Source: Nymphaea colorata
Taxonomy: Eukaryota
DNA: 64,000 nucleotides
Reading direction: 5' to 3'
Assembly: GCF_008831285.2 (NCBI RefSeq)
Contig: NC_045138.2
Coordinates: 16,492,001 to 16,556,000, forward strand
Part shown: in pieces, positions 40,785 to 52,809 of the stretch
How positions within the stretch are numbered: position 1 is the stretch's first letter
Layout: each line of letters begins with the position of its first letter
Notes under the pieces: model-generated
What the model saw: the letters and a program-made list of their open reading frames with translations, nothing else
What the model was told of the DNA's origin: nothing
Database searches by the model: none
Position numbers and translations under genes: made by a program

Positions 40785-42177
40785 GGGGCACAATATTTTT
40801 GACAACAATGTTGCTCCGGGCCTGTTTGAAGGACATAAGTTACTAAATGGAGTGATGACTGGTGAGTCTGGTTGTAATTGTATCGAGGGTCATGATGGTC
40901 TGTTGTCTGTGAATTTCCATCCTTTTCCGTTGTCTTCTGTTTGGAGGCTCTTACACAAGTGGGATGCAATGTCGATGATGGACAAGAAGGAACTTGGTTA
41001 TTGATTAGGAGGGCTCAGTGGGTGCATCGATTCTGTTCCTTACGGAAGCTGTAGAATGATTTTTTTTTTTCTTGGTGTAACATCATGTCTAGAAATGTTC
41101 CTTTTATTTCTTGAACAAAATGAAATAGTACATGTTAGTTATCTTGGTGCTCTGGCTCTGTTAATCTTCCTTGGGAATATATTTCTGTACTTCCTTTTTC
41201 AGTCCTTGTAGTTATCATTTGACGCCATTAGCTTTTTTTCCTACTGTCATTAACTTAGCAGCTATCGCTATTGAGTTGAATTTGGAAGCTGCAGTGGGCT
41301 TGAAAAGTGAACCTTGAATACAATTTGACAGAATCCGTACCTTATTAGAAGCATCGGAACGTCAAAATAATCACATAAATTGCAAAAAAAGTGGCGGAAG
41401 GAGAATGCTGGTGTCACCAGTCCATAGAGTAAAGATCTTGATATCTTTTCTTGGTGCTTCTGCGTGTGGTCTGATATTTTGCAACAATACTACCCAAGAG
41501 TGGATGTCCTATGTGCGTTTTTCTCAAAAGGAAAGAAGCTTACGTTATTGGTAGCTGCATCCACCTGAACAGCCCATGGTATAACAATAGGCGCTGTCTG
41601 CTTATGACTTTACTGCTTTTCTTTTTATTAAGTTTCACTTAGTTTGTCCACGCACAGCTTCATCTTTCACTGTGGTACTTTAGTGGGAAGCTTTGTCAGT
41701 CTTTCCCTAAAGCTGATTGTAGTACAATCATTTTGCCTTGAACCTTAATAAAGGGACACAGATGAGTCGAAAAATTTCAGAAAAGTTTTGGCGACCCACA
41801 TGGTCCTTGAATCTTGGCAGATTTCGTACAGCTCGTGTATCACGATTTATAAAATGAAGTGACGAGAACATTTGCTTTCGAAGGGGTCCAGGTTCCAAAT
41901 TTGCATCCAAAAAGAACAGGTGCGTTCCGAGACCAAAATGCTTATACGCGTACAGCCAGAGGAAAATTTTTTTCCGCCAGTGATCATGCGTTCATGTGCT
42001 TAGTGTCAAAAGAACAACAGACCCATGCTTCAATTTGACCATGAAATCAATTTTTGCAGAACATGTTATTATCAAGTCCATGTATATCCACCTCTTTTCG
42101 TTCAATGTGCTACTCTAAAAAAAAAAAAAAGAAAAATTCAGGGTAATTTCTATATGATGGATTGTAGAGTGTAGAAC

Positions 42178-42258
42178 CATAAACCGACTGTTTGAGCTAC
42201 TGGACAATGGAAAGCAACTTCGTGGAGCCACAGGGCCACTTGAACTCCTAGATGCATG
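42178..42258 (-). pseudogene. Degenerate fragment of polygalacturonase last exon (relic sixth copy or local duplication)
   Basis: CATAAACCGACTGTTTGAGCTACTGGA...GGCCACTTGAACTCCTAGATGCATG aligns to PG1 42637-42717 with substitutions. Confidence 0.8.
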
Positions 42259-42618
42259 TATATGCCTTACCATGTATAAATTAACGGCTTTCTTATATTT
42301 AGGCTACTTTTATATTTTTTACTTTTGTTGTTTTGAAATTTATATAATAATATATTTATATTTGGTGAATCACTAAATCAGCATCCCAAATGATTTGATT
42401 CAATCTCCAGTTTACAGTTTGCAACTTTGGACACACATACAGGCAACCAATTGCATGAAATTTCTCAGCTATTGATGTGTCTATTAATTGGCTTAATGTA
42501 AAAAGAATAACGAATCCAAGCTTTATTAACACAATTTTAAAGGTACAAGAGTATCAGTTTCTTTTATTCCAATCTTCTACTAAACAAATGAAGTGAAATA
42601 GCTATGCATATTGTAGGT

Positions 42619-44353
42619 CTACAGGCGATCAAAGCTCATAAGCCTACGGTTTGAGCTACTGGATGATTGAAGGCAACTTGGTGGAGACACAGAGCCACTT
42701 GAACTCCCAAATGCATGATCACACGAGGCCTTAGCAGGATTGCCCTTGTATGTCAGCTGCACGTTAGACATCTTGATCCCTTGGCATGGCGCGCTAGCAC
42801 TGCATGAGAAATCGACCGCCACTTGGGTCGCTGATGTTCCCTTGATGTTGTTGTATGTCACTTGCGAGATCTTAACCCCAGAGTTCTGTATGACAACCAA
42901 GATGTTAAGCAGTTAATACCCGTTGAATTGCAATATCTATGAACTGTTCTAGGATAATGATCTCTTTAAGTAATTGTCTAAGTGTAAAGAGGCAGTATAA
43001 ATTCTTCAAACAGTTGTTCATATCGGAAAAAAGCCTCTGTAAGTGGTTTTTGAACAATTTTAAGTTGGAAAAGCCCCTGAGAGTTCTAACTAGAAGTTGT
43101 GAATTGGTGTAAGCAGCATCACCTGATTGGAGCATCCTTGATTGTCAGGGCAATAGTGCTGGTCTATGATGATGGGGTTGTCGACATTGTTCATCGTGGC
43201 GCCGTCGAAGACGATTCCTTTAGCAAAGCCAGTGCTGCTTTTAGCCCATGATTTTATTCTTAGGCCATTGGTTGATCCTGTGAATACCACGTTCTTCACC
43301 GTAACATTTTGCACTCCAGCCTCTTGGGCATCTTTTCCTAAGCTACCAACACTATCATCAAAATAAAACCATCTAGTTAGCAAAATTATACTGTAAAGAT
43401 GCAAGAGAATGCACACAGGCACATACACACAAAGCATATTTTGTGTAGGCACATGATTTGTTGAATTATATGTAGTTTACCTGATTCCATGTCCAGGTCC
43501 ACAAGCTATTTTCTCAATCCACAAGTTTTGGGTCCCTGAACCAATAGATATGCAGTCATCTCCCGTCCCGATATTGGAATTCGTGATCGTGACACCTGTT
43601 GATTGCTCGACATGTATGCCATCTGTATTGGGACTTGTGCTCGAGGCCGTGATCTTCAGTCCATCAACTTTCACATTGGTGCATGTGTCAATGACAATGT
43701 GAAAGAGCTCACTATTGACAGAGGTGAGGCCTGTCAATGTAATGTCCCTTGAATTGCTGAACACTAACGACTGCAAATAAGGAACACAATGTTAATTCAC
43801 ATGTACGAGAACTGTCATATGGATATGACTTACATAGAAGTCTTTTCTAAGAAATTAATCACAGCAACTAACTTATGTAGTCTGTCTATTGAAAACACAA
43901 GGCCTACATCTCACTTACTCTTGCTCCATAAGGACAGCTTCCTTTGCCAGCCTTACAAGCCCAGAGTGCTGAACCCTTGCCATCTATGTACCCTCCTTGG
44001 AAAGACAATCCTTGAACATTGTTGAACTTCATGATATAGCCTGCAGCACCATACAAATTATAGTCGGGCGATGCGACCAGGTTGCCGTCGACCTGCACGA
44101 TGATCTTGCTGTTTTTGCATGGGCCGGAGAATAGGGTAGGATGCAACAAGAACTGGCCGGAGGGCACATAGAAGGTTCCGGCCTGTGATGCCGAACAGAC
44201 AGCAAGCCATGCTTTTTGAAAAGCAGCACTATTGTCGGCCACTCCATCTGCTTTGGCACCATAGCTCATTACGCTAAAGGTTGCTCCATTCACCAAATGG
44301 ATCAAAAGGGCCAGACTAAGAAAAAAAGAAAGCAAGAAACTGTTGTGAGCCAT
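42619..44353 (-). CDS. Polygalacturonase GH28, copy PG1; exons 44353-43919, 43770-43481, 43351-43123, 42885-42619 (406 aa)
   Basis: Signal peptide; motifs [20 protein letters not shown](V)GSLG, RIKSW all intact; GT-AG introns in frame. Confidence 0.95.
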
Positions 44354-44539
44354 GGGATCAGATCGATGAAGCAACAGTTTGTTTGAGAAAACTGTGTTTC
44401 TTTCACTAGTTTGTGACGATGTTGGTGGTGATGCAATTGAGAGAGCTTGTGTGTCTATATATAGAGTTGTATCCTGCAACAGACGAACACTTGAGAGCTT
44501 GTTCTTATCTTATTGTTCAGATAATTAGCATTAGAAAAT

Positions 44540-44605
44540 AGAATCATGTTTCACAATAACTTGTTCTTTGTGTTTAGTGGTAGAATCTTGTTTCACAATA
44601 ACTTG
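44540..44605 (-). promoter_or_regulatory. Doubled 24-bp promoter motif CAAGTTATTGTGAAACATGATTCT; also at 49334-49399, 50438-50508, 56892-56962, 57581-57646
   Basis: Two copies upstream of each of the five PG genes, retained in the otherwise diverged PG1 promoter. Function is inferred. Confidence 0.6.
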
Positions 44606-46518
44606 TTTGGCATCTTCTGATCAAGTTAGAATTTCTCTCAAACTTGTAGTCATGGTGTTTTACATCTATCTGACGTCAAAGTTTTCCGGAGCAATGACGT
44701 CTCCAAGTTTGACCATTCTAAGACATGGCCCAGCCGAAACACGGAGCCATTGATGCATGTGAGCTGCTCTCATCATCATGATTTAACGTGCATGTGCTTA
44801 TAAATTTCATTAAAAACCATTCAAAGTGTAATTTGCTCTGAATGGTATAGTATAGTTGGTTAGATTATGGTATAGTATAGTTGGTTAGATTGATGAGTTA
44901 ATAAAATTCCAGTTATCAGATCGATTTTTTCAGGTGTTATTCTTCTGAAATGCAAATAATGAACGTGTGATTATGTGTGATTTTTTAGTTGGTGGATGTA
45001 TTGTTTTTTATCTAGGTCTTAAAGCAACTCTGAAACCCAAAAATAAAGGAAAAGAGAAAAAGTTTCAACGTCTTCAACATATTTCCTCATTTTTAAGTGC
45101 AATTTTGTTCACCAGGGGGACCATATTGTCTTGCTAAAATTGCTCACGGAAAGGCATATCGGCTGCGGCCAATATTGTGGATGATGTTTTTCATATGATG
45201 TCTTCCACTTGACCGTTTCTCTTGGTGTCACATCGTCATTGACTACGAAATTATAATGCCTTCCGACTTCAATTACTCCTCTTGGGGATGTTGCTTAGAG
45301 CCCTTAATTTCTTGGGCAAAATGAGTGATCAAATTATAATTTTTCATCAACTGAAATTTTTGTTTTCAGATGATAATTGGAAGATAGAATTTATAGATCG
45401 TCTGGTTATTTAATAGTATGTAGACAAATTTTTTTCTTAAAAAAGTAATAATTAAAAAGCTGTTTATGACGGTCATCTTAAAAAAGTGAATATTATGCAC
45501 GTTGGGGCCACATGAAAATGAGAACGCTTGAATGAGTTCATATTCAATTTAGAGAGAGAGAGATTGATATGTGGGGGATGATGACGTTTAGTATCCAAAA
45601 GGCTGTATTAAAAAAATACTAATAGTCATGTTCTGAAAAGAATCTATAAAAATAGCTTTAAAAAAATTATAAAATATAAATATTCCAAAAAATAAATAAA
45701 TTTGACACATGGTACTCTTAAATCAGCCATGAACCCAAGTTGGTTCGCCACTGACTTGGTTCGGTTGGTAAGACTGCTAGAAAAATCCTTAAATCAAAAC
45801 CAAACAGCTTTGCCAATCACACGGGATGCTTTTGGATCGATTTGAACCGCGGTTTGATTCAAGAGAGACATGTAACGTATTTTTCTCTCTCTTTTTTTGT
45901 TGGAATTCTGTATTTTTTTTGCTTTGACTTTTATTTAGAATATAACGATTCTGGTTTAATCTGATTGATAAATGATACGAATAAAAAATTAATTACAACA
46001 ACATTGAGTGCGGGGGCAGAATTAAGGAAGGAGAAAAAGTCACTCTAGAGAAGAGAAAAGGTCACCACAACTCGATCCAACCAAACAGTCCCAACACTTT
46101 TCCATCCAATCACGATATAGTAATTCGTTTGCCAGTCGAATAAGTAACTGCTCAATGAAGACGTTTTGATAAGAAAGAAAGAAAGAAACTCAAATATTCC
46201 TTTTCATACTATATTCCAATCTCGTACGAGGCGTTTGATGGTCTGCAAAAGGAAAAACAAGTTATCCTGGTAATTCAAGAGTTTCCCTGACAATACAGAA
46301 CCAAAGGTTTTTTGCATGGACAATAAAACTAGAAAAACCACACAAATTTTATGTTATTAAACAAAATTCCTCTACAATAGACATAAAGTTGCCCAACCAA
46401 GTATACCAGAAATTTTCGAGTTTGGTGCACTGGATTATGCCAAGCGGCCGATTACTAGTTCGAGCAGCATCTGCGTCAGCTTTAGACCCTGGGAGCAGGG
46501 GAGGGGATGTTTTGGCTC

Positions 46519-47480
46519 TCACTGAGGCCATGAAATACTATACATAAGATACATTTTACGAGGGACATTAAGGTAGCTTTATCAGTTAGGACACTAGAAT
46601 AGGTTAGAATTAATCTCCTTAGGCATTACTTTTATTTATATTCAAGATTTTTTTTTTTGTTGAGAAATATCATATATAAAGTTGATGACATTCATTTGTG
46701 TTCGCATGGTTGGGTTGAATGTGGATTGAGTAATTCCATTGTTATTTCTATTTCTCCACTCTGTTTTAGATAGAAATAATTCACAGAAACAAGTTTTTTC
46801 ATGCAGATGTGCGCATACACAATCCTACTACATGAATTTTCCGCTTGGAGAGAATAAAAAGGGTTAAGATGAATTTGGCTCGTGGTGGGTCTGGAGGACG
46901 GATTCGATTCCTCGTGCCTGATCGTTTGTATAAATCAGCAGTTTTAATCGCCTGGTTGCTGATGGAAGGCTGCAAGGATTGGGTATTTCAATGGCTTCTA
47001 TGTGCAAGTTGTGCAAGAGAGGATGTGAAGAACAGACCCACAAAGTGTTTACTTGCCCTGTTCCCAAATCCATGCATAATTTGATATGAATGGTAAGATT
47101 TCTCTCCCTCCTATGTTTTTACTTTGTTTTTCTTTTATGCCTTTCTTTTTTCAATGATTAAGCATGGACGTCAAATGATAAACAAAATATTTATTAACAT
47201 TGAGTACAAATGAATTCCATTAGCCAAAACTCTTAATATAAAACAAAAACAATAAATTACTGCATGTCTTTATTATTCCTTTAAGAAAGAATGTGTGTAG
47301 TAGCATTCATTATTACAAGACCACCAACTTTCTTTATTTTTCACCTACTACAAGAAACCAATATATAAAAGAATACATATGCTTGGTGATCAATTTCTAG
47401 AAAGACCAAGGCCCAAAAGCCTGCGATTGGAGGCACTTGACTTAAGGCAGCTTGGAGGAGACACAGAACCACTCGAACTC
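46519..47480. repeat. PG2 3' flank, directly repeated at ~53621-54590 and inverted at ~52720-53620
   Basis: TCACT..GGCCATGAAATACT..ACATAAGAT..GAGGGA.ATTAAGGTAGCTTTATCAGTTAGGACACTAGAAT starts both direct copies and similarity continues into the stop-codon region. Confidence 0.9.
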
Positions 47481-49153
47481 CCAAATGCATGATCACACGA
47501 GGCCTTAGCAGGATTGCCCTTGTATGTCAGCTGCACATTAGACATCTTGATCCCTTGGCACGGCGCACTAGCACTGCATGAGAAATCCACCGCCACTTGC
47601 GTCGCTGACGTTCCCTTGATGTTGTTGTATGTCACTTGCGAGATCTTAACCCCAGAGTTCTGTATGACAACAAAGATCGAACATCTTAAACAACTAGAGG
47701 TTGCTCATGAATTACTAACACTAAGTGCAAGAGGCAGTGTGTGTATGTATGTATATATACATGTATATATATAATGATGTTCAGAGTAGCTTTTAAATAA
47801 TTTAAAGTTGGATAAGACCCCAAAAGATCTAAAAGTTATGAATTGGTGAATGCATCAGCACCTGATTAGAGCATCCTTGGTTGTTAGGGCAGTAGTGCTG
47901 GTCTATGATGATGGGGTTGGCGACATTGTTCATCGTCGCACCATCGAACACGATTCCTTTGGCGAAACCTGTGCTGCTTCTAGCCCATGATTTTATTCTT
48001 AGGCCATTGGTAGACCCAGTGAACACCACATCTTTTACTGTTACATTCTGCACCCCAGCTTCATTGGCAGTCTTCCCTAAGCTCCCAACACTGCCAACAA
48101 TATCAAATTAACCGTCCATCATATTCAAACTTACACGTGAAGCTGCATGTGAATGCACACACACATGCAAACACCCACAAACAAAGCATATTTTGTTTAG
48201 GCACATGATTTGTTGAATTATATGTGCAACTCATGCGTTCAGTCTTTCAATTACCTGATTCCATGTCCAGGTCCACAAGCTATTTTCTCAATCCACAAGT
48301 TTTGGGTTCCTGAACCAATAGATATGCAGTCATCTCCTGTCTTGATGTTCGAATTTGTAATTGTAACGCCCGTCGATTGCTCCACGTGGATACCATCTGT
48401 ATTGGGGCTTGTGCTTGATGCCGTGATCTTCAGTCCATCAACTTTCACATTGGTGCATGTGTCAATGACAATGTGAAAGAGCTCACTATTGACAGAGGTG
48501 AGGCCTGTCAATGTAATGTCCCTTGAATTGCTGAACACTAACGACTGCAAATAAGAAACACAATGTTAATTCATATGTACAAGAACTGTCATATAGATAT
48601 GACTTACATATATAGTTGATAACTAAGTTTATCATATAAGTCATTTCTAAGAAATTGATAATAGCGACTAACTTGTGTAGTCTGTCTATTGAAGACACAA
48701 GGCCTACATCTCACTTACTCTTGCTCCATAGGGACAGTTTCCTTTGCCAGCCTTACAAGCCCAGAGTGCTGAACCCTTTCCATCTATGTACCCTCCTTGG
48801 AAAGACAATCCTTTCACATTGTTGAACTTCATGATGTAGCCTGCGGCACCATACAATTTATAGTCGGTCGATGCGATCAGGTTGCCGTCGACCTGCACGA
48901 TGATCTTGCTATTTTTGCATGGACCAGAAAAGAGGGCAGGGTGCAACAAGAATTGGCCCGAGGGCACGTATAACGTTGCGGCCTGTGATGCGGAACAAGC
49001 CGCAGACCATGCTTTTAGAAAAGCGGCACTATTGTCGGTCACTCCATCTGCTTTGGCACCATAGCTCATTATGCTAAAGGTTGATCCATTCACCAAATGG
49101 AGAAAGGGCAAAGTGATGACAAGGGAAAGCAAGAAACTTTTGTGAGCCATCAT
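47390..49153 (-). CDS. Polygalacturonase GH28, copy PG2; exons 49153-48719, 48544-48255, 48090-47862, 47659-47390 (407 aa)
   Basis: Four-exon structure (435/290/229/270 nt) with intact NTD, DD, GHG and RIKS motifs. Confidence 0.95.
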
Positions 49154-51082
49154 AGGAGGCGGAGCGGAACTAAGGCTTGTTAGAGAAAGCTCTGTGTTTC
49201 TGTAGTTTCTGAGAAGGGTGATGTTGTTGATGCAACTGAGATGTGCTTTCGATGCCAATTTATAGAGCAGTAAGCACTTTATCCTCTTAATCCTTATGGC
49301 TTATGCTATTATTCAGGTCGTTTAGTTAAAGACAGAATCATGTTTCACAATAACTTGAGTTTTGTGATTACAGATAGAATCATGTTTCACAATAACTTGT
49401 CATTTATGTTCTTATCTAGTTAGAATTTCTGTCGAAGTGGTTATTGTGTGTTTTACATCTATTTGGCAGGAATATTCTCCAGAGTCATGTCTCAAAATTT
49501 GACCATACCAGACACGGCATCACCTAGCTAAAGGAAGCCTAAGTGACCGATATAATTAAGTTCGGTAAACCCAATTCACATGCGATTTTGTTTGATTTGT
49601 GAGGTTATAGTTTCTCGTTAAATTTGCTCGATCTCGAGAAACAAATATCTTGCCGGCCGTCTATTTAACGATGACGTGACAAAAAAGAAGCGGCTAAATT
49701 GAAGTTATGAAATTGCATAAAGAATTCTTTTACGAGATTTGACCACACGGAATATTAGTCCAAATCGGATCGACAACCAGATATGTCTCTGATTCATTTA
49801 CATGCTTACATGTATTCAAGTGAATCTGGTTACGTGCATACTTTGTATACAAAAAATTATGCACCGACATATGTAATGATCAAAATACCCTTGACCAGTA
49901 AGAAAAGGAGCCCCTACAAAGACAAAAAAGATGTTGGAAAAGTTTAAAATTCAAAATAAATTCTTTTTAAAAATTCTCAAAATACCTCAACTCTCCATTT
50001 TTATGGTGCATATCTGGTGCATGCAACTCGATTGATCGACACTCAACGTACGCAGAGCACAGCCCTCACCGAAAAGCGGTTCATAGTTGGCTAGTGTCAA
50101 TAGAAGTCCACGAGGGTGTGAAAAAAAAAGTGGTCAAGTTGAAGACAGTCGTAAATAGACGGCCAGCTAGCGATTTGTTTCTCGAGATCGAGCAATTTTA
50201 ACGAGAAACTATAACCTCACAAATCAACACGCTACCTATATTGGTCATTTAGACCTTATTTAGCAAGGTGATGTGAAATCTTCACGTGCATCTATCACCC
50301 TGAATTTCCACTGAGCCGTGTCTGGTATGAACAAATTTGGGGACATGAAGACTCTGGAGAATATTCATGTCAAATAGATTGAGAACACCATAATAACCAC
50401 TTAGAGCGAAATACTAACAAGATAAGAACGTAAATGACAAGTTATTGTGAAACATGATTCCATATATCTCTAAGCAGAAAAACTCAAGTTATTGTGAAAC
50501 ATAATTCTATCTTTAACCAAACGAACTGAATAGTAGCATAATCCATAAGGAAGAAGAGTACAGGGTGCTTACAAGTCTGCTATCCTTTGACTTATGCCAT
50601 TAAAGCCGCACCACATATATGATCCCTCTCGAGATCATAGAAAACATAAACGCGTCCTCGTCCAAGACCGTCCATCAAAGAAAATAAACTGCAAGCTTAA
50701 TCTCAAAGGGTAGCTATCGGGGAAGATCCCATCCTTGACCACAAAAGAAGTACCACTTACATATGATTTATAGTGCAGTAATTCTTTTTGAGACAAATAT
50801 TCATGTGTTTGTCAACACATATATTAATGGACAAGTGATTGTCAAACGTGATTCTCTATCTCGTTCGTAATCAAATGAACAAGGTTTGCATTTGTTCCCA
50901 CAACATCTGAAGATGAAGACGACAAACTATGCATCATCACCACTAAGAACCTCTATATATAGCAACCACAAGGAGGCTTCATAGTGCAACACAACCACAC
51001 AGTTATCGCCACCATCAGAAACTACAGTACTGAAACACAAAGGGGCGTTTCTAAACCTGCTTCAGTTGGATCATTTCTTATC

Positions 51083-52809
51083 ATGGCTCACAAGTGCAGT
51101 TTCTTGCTTTCTCTTCTTGTTACTTTAGTCTTTCTCCAATTGGTGAATGGAGCAACCTTTAGCATTATGAGCTATGGTGCTAAAGCAGATGGAGTGACCG
51201 ATAACAGTGGTGCTCTTAGAAAAGCATGGTCTGCTGTATGCTCGGCATCACAGCCCGCAACCCTGTACGTGCCTTCTGGCCAATTCTTGCTGCATCCAAC
51301 TCTCTTCTCTGGCCCGTGTGCAAATAGCAAGATCGTCGTGCAGGTCGACGGCAACCTGATCGCATCGACCGACTATAACTTGTATGGTGCCGCAGGCTAC
51401 ATCATGAAGTTCAACAATGTGAAAGGATTGTCTTTCCAAGGAGGGTACATAGATGGAAAGGGTTCAGCACTGTGGACTTGTAAGGCTGGCAAAGGAAAGT
51501 GTCCTTATGGAGCAAGCGTAAGTGAGATCTAGGATTATGTTTTAAATGGACAATCTAAATAAATAAGTTCATTGCCTTTAGTTTCTTAGAAATGGTTCCC
51601 ATATCTCATTCATTTTCCTAATGAACTTAGTTATCAATATCGTTATTTATTGTTTTTTTGACGATATACTTGTGTGAATTCTCATGCACATGCAACATCT
51701 TGTCTCTTAAATATTGCAGTCGTTAGTGTTCATCAACTCAAGGGACATTACGTTGACAGGCCTCACATCGGTTAATAGTGAACTCTTTCACATCGTCATT
51801 GACACATGCATCAATGTGAAAGTTGATGGACTGAAGATCACGGCATCGAGCACAAGCCCCAACACAGATGGTATCCACGTGGAGCAATCGACGGGCGTTA
51901 CAATCACAAATTCGAACATCAAGACAGGAGATGACTGCATATCTATTGGTTCAGGAACCCAAAACTTGTGGATTGAGAAAATAGCTTGTGGACCTGGACA
52001 TGGAATCAGGTAATTAAAAGACTGAACAAAAGAGCAGCACATATAATCAGGACAAAGTATGCTTTGTTTGTGTTTGTATGCAGTGTGTGTGCATTCACTT
52101 GTAACAGTGTTAATTTGATATTGTTGACAGTGTCGGGAGCTTAGGGAAGGCTGCCAATGAAGCTGGGGTGCAGAATGTAACAGTGAAGAATGTGATGTTC
52201 AGTGGGTCTACCAATGGCCTAAGAATAAAATCATGGGCAAGAAGCAGCACTGGTTTCGCCAAAGGAATCGTGTTCGATGGCGCGACGATGAACAATGTCG
52301 CCAACCCCATCATCATAGACCAGCACTACTGCCCTAACAACCAAGGATGCACTAATCAGGTGCTGCTGCATTCACCAATTCATAACTTTTACATCTTTTG
52401 GGGTCTTATCGAACTTAAAATTATGTAAAAGCTATTCTGAAGATCAGTATACACACACACACTGCCTCTTGCACTTAATGTTAGTAATTCATGAACAACC
52501 TCTAGTTGGCTAACATGATCGGTCTTTGTTGTCATACAGAACTCTGGGGTTAAGATCTCGCAAGTGACATACAACAACATCAAGGGAACGTCAGCGACGC
52601 AAGTGGCGGTGGATTTCTCATGCAGTGCTAGCGTACCGTGCCAAGGGATCAAAATGTCTAATGTGCAGCTGACGTACAAGGGCCAGCCTGCTAAGGCCTC
52701 ATGTGATCATGCATTTGGGAGTTCGAGTGGTTCTGTGTCTCCACCAAGCTGCCTTAAGTCAAGTGCATCCAATCGCAGGCTTTTGGGCCTTGGTCTCTCT
52801 AGAAATTGA
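51083..52809 (+). CDS. Polygalacturonase GH28, copy PG3; exons 51083-51517, 51720-52009, 52131-52359, 52540-52809 (407 aa)
   Basis: Same exon sizes and catalytic motifs; TATA-like CTCTATATATAG at 50951. Confidence 0.95.

Noticed and set aside
44842..44891. Duplicated TGGTATAGTATAGTTGGTTAGATT resembling a tRNA A-box
   Set aside because: No convincing B-box or cloverleaf; at most a decayed SINE with a local duplication.
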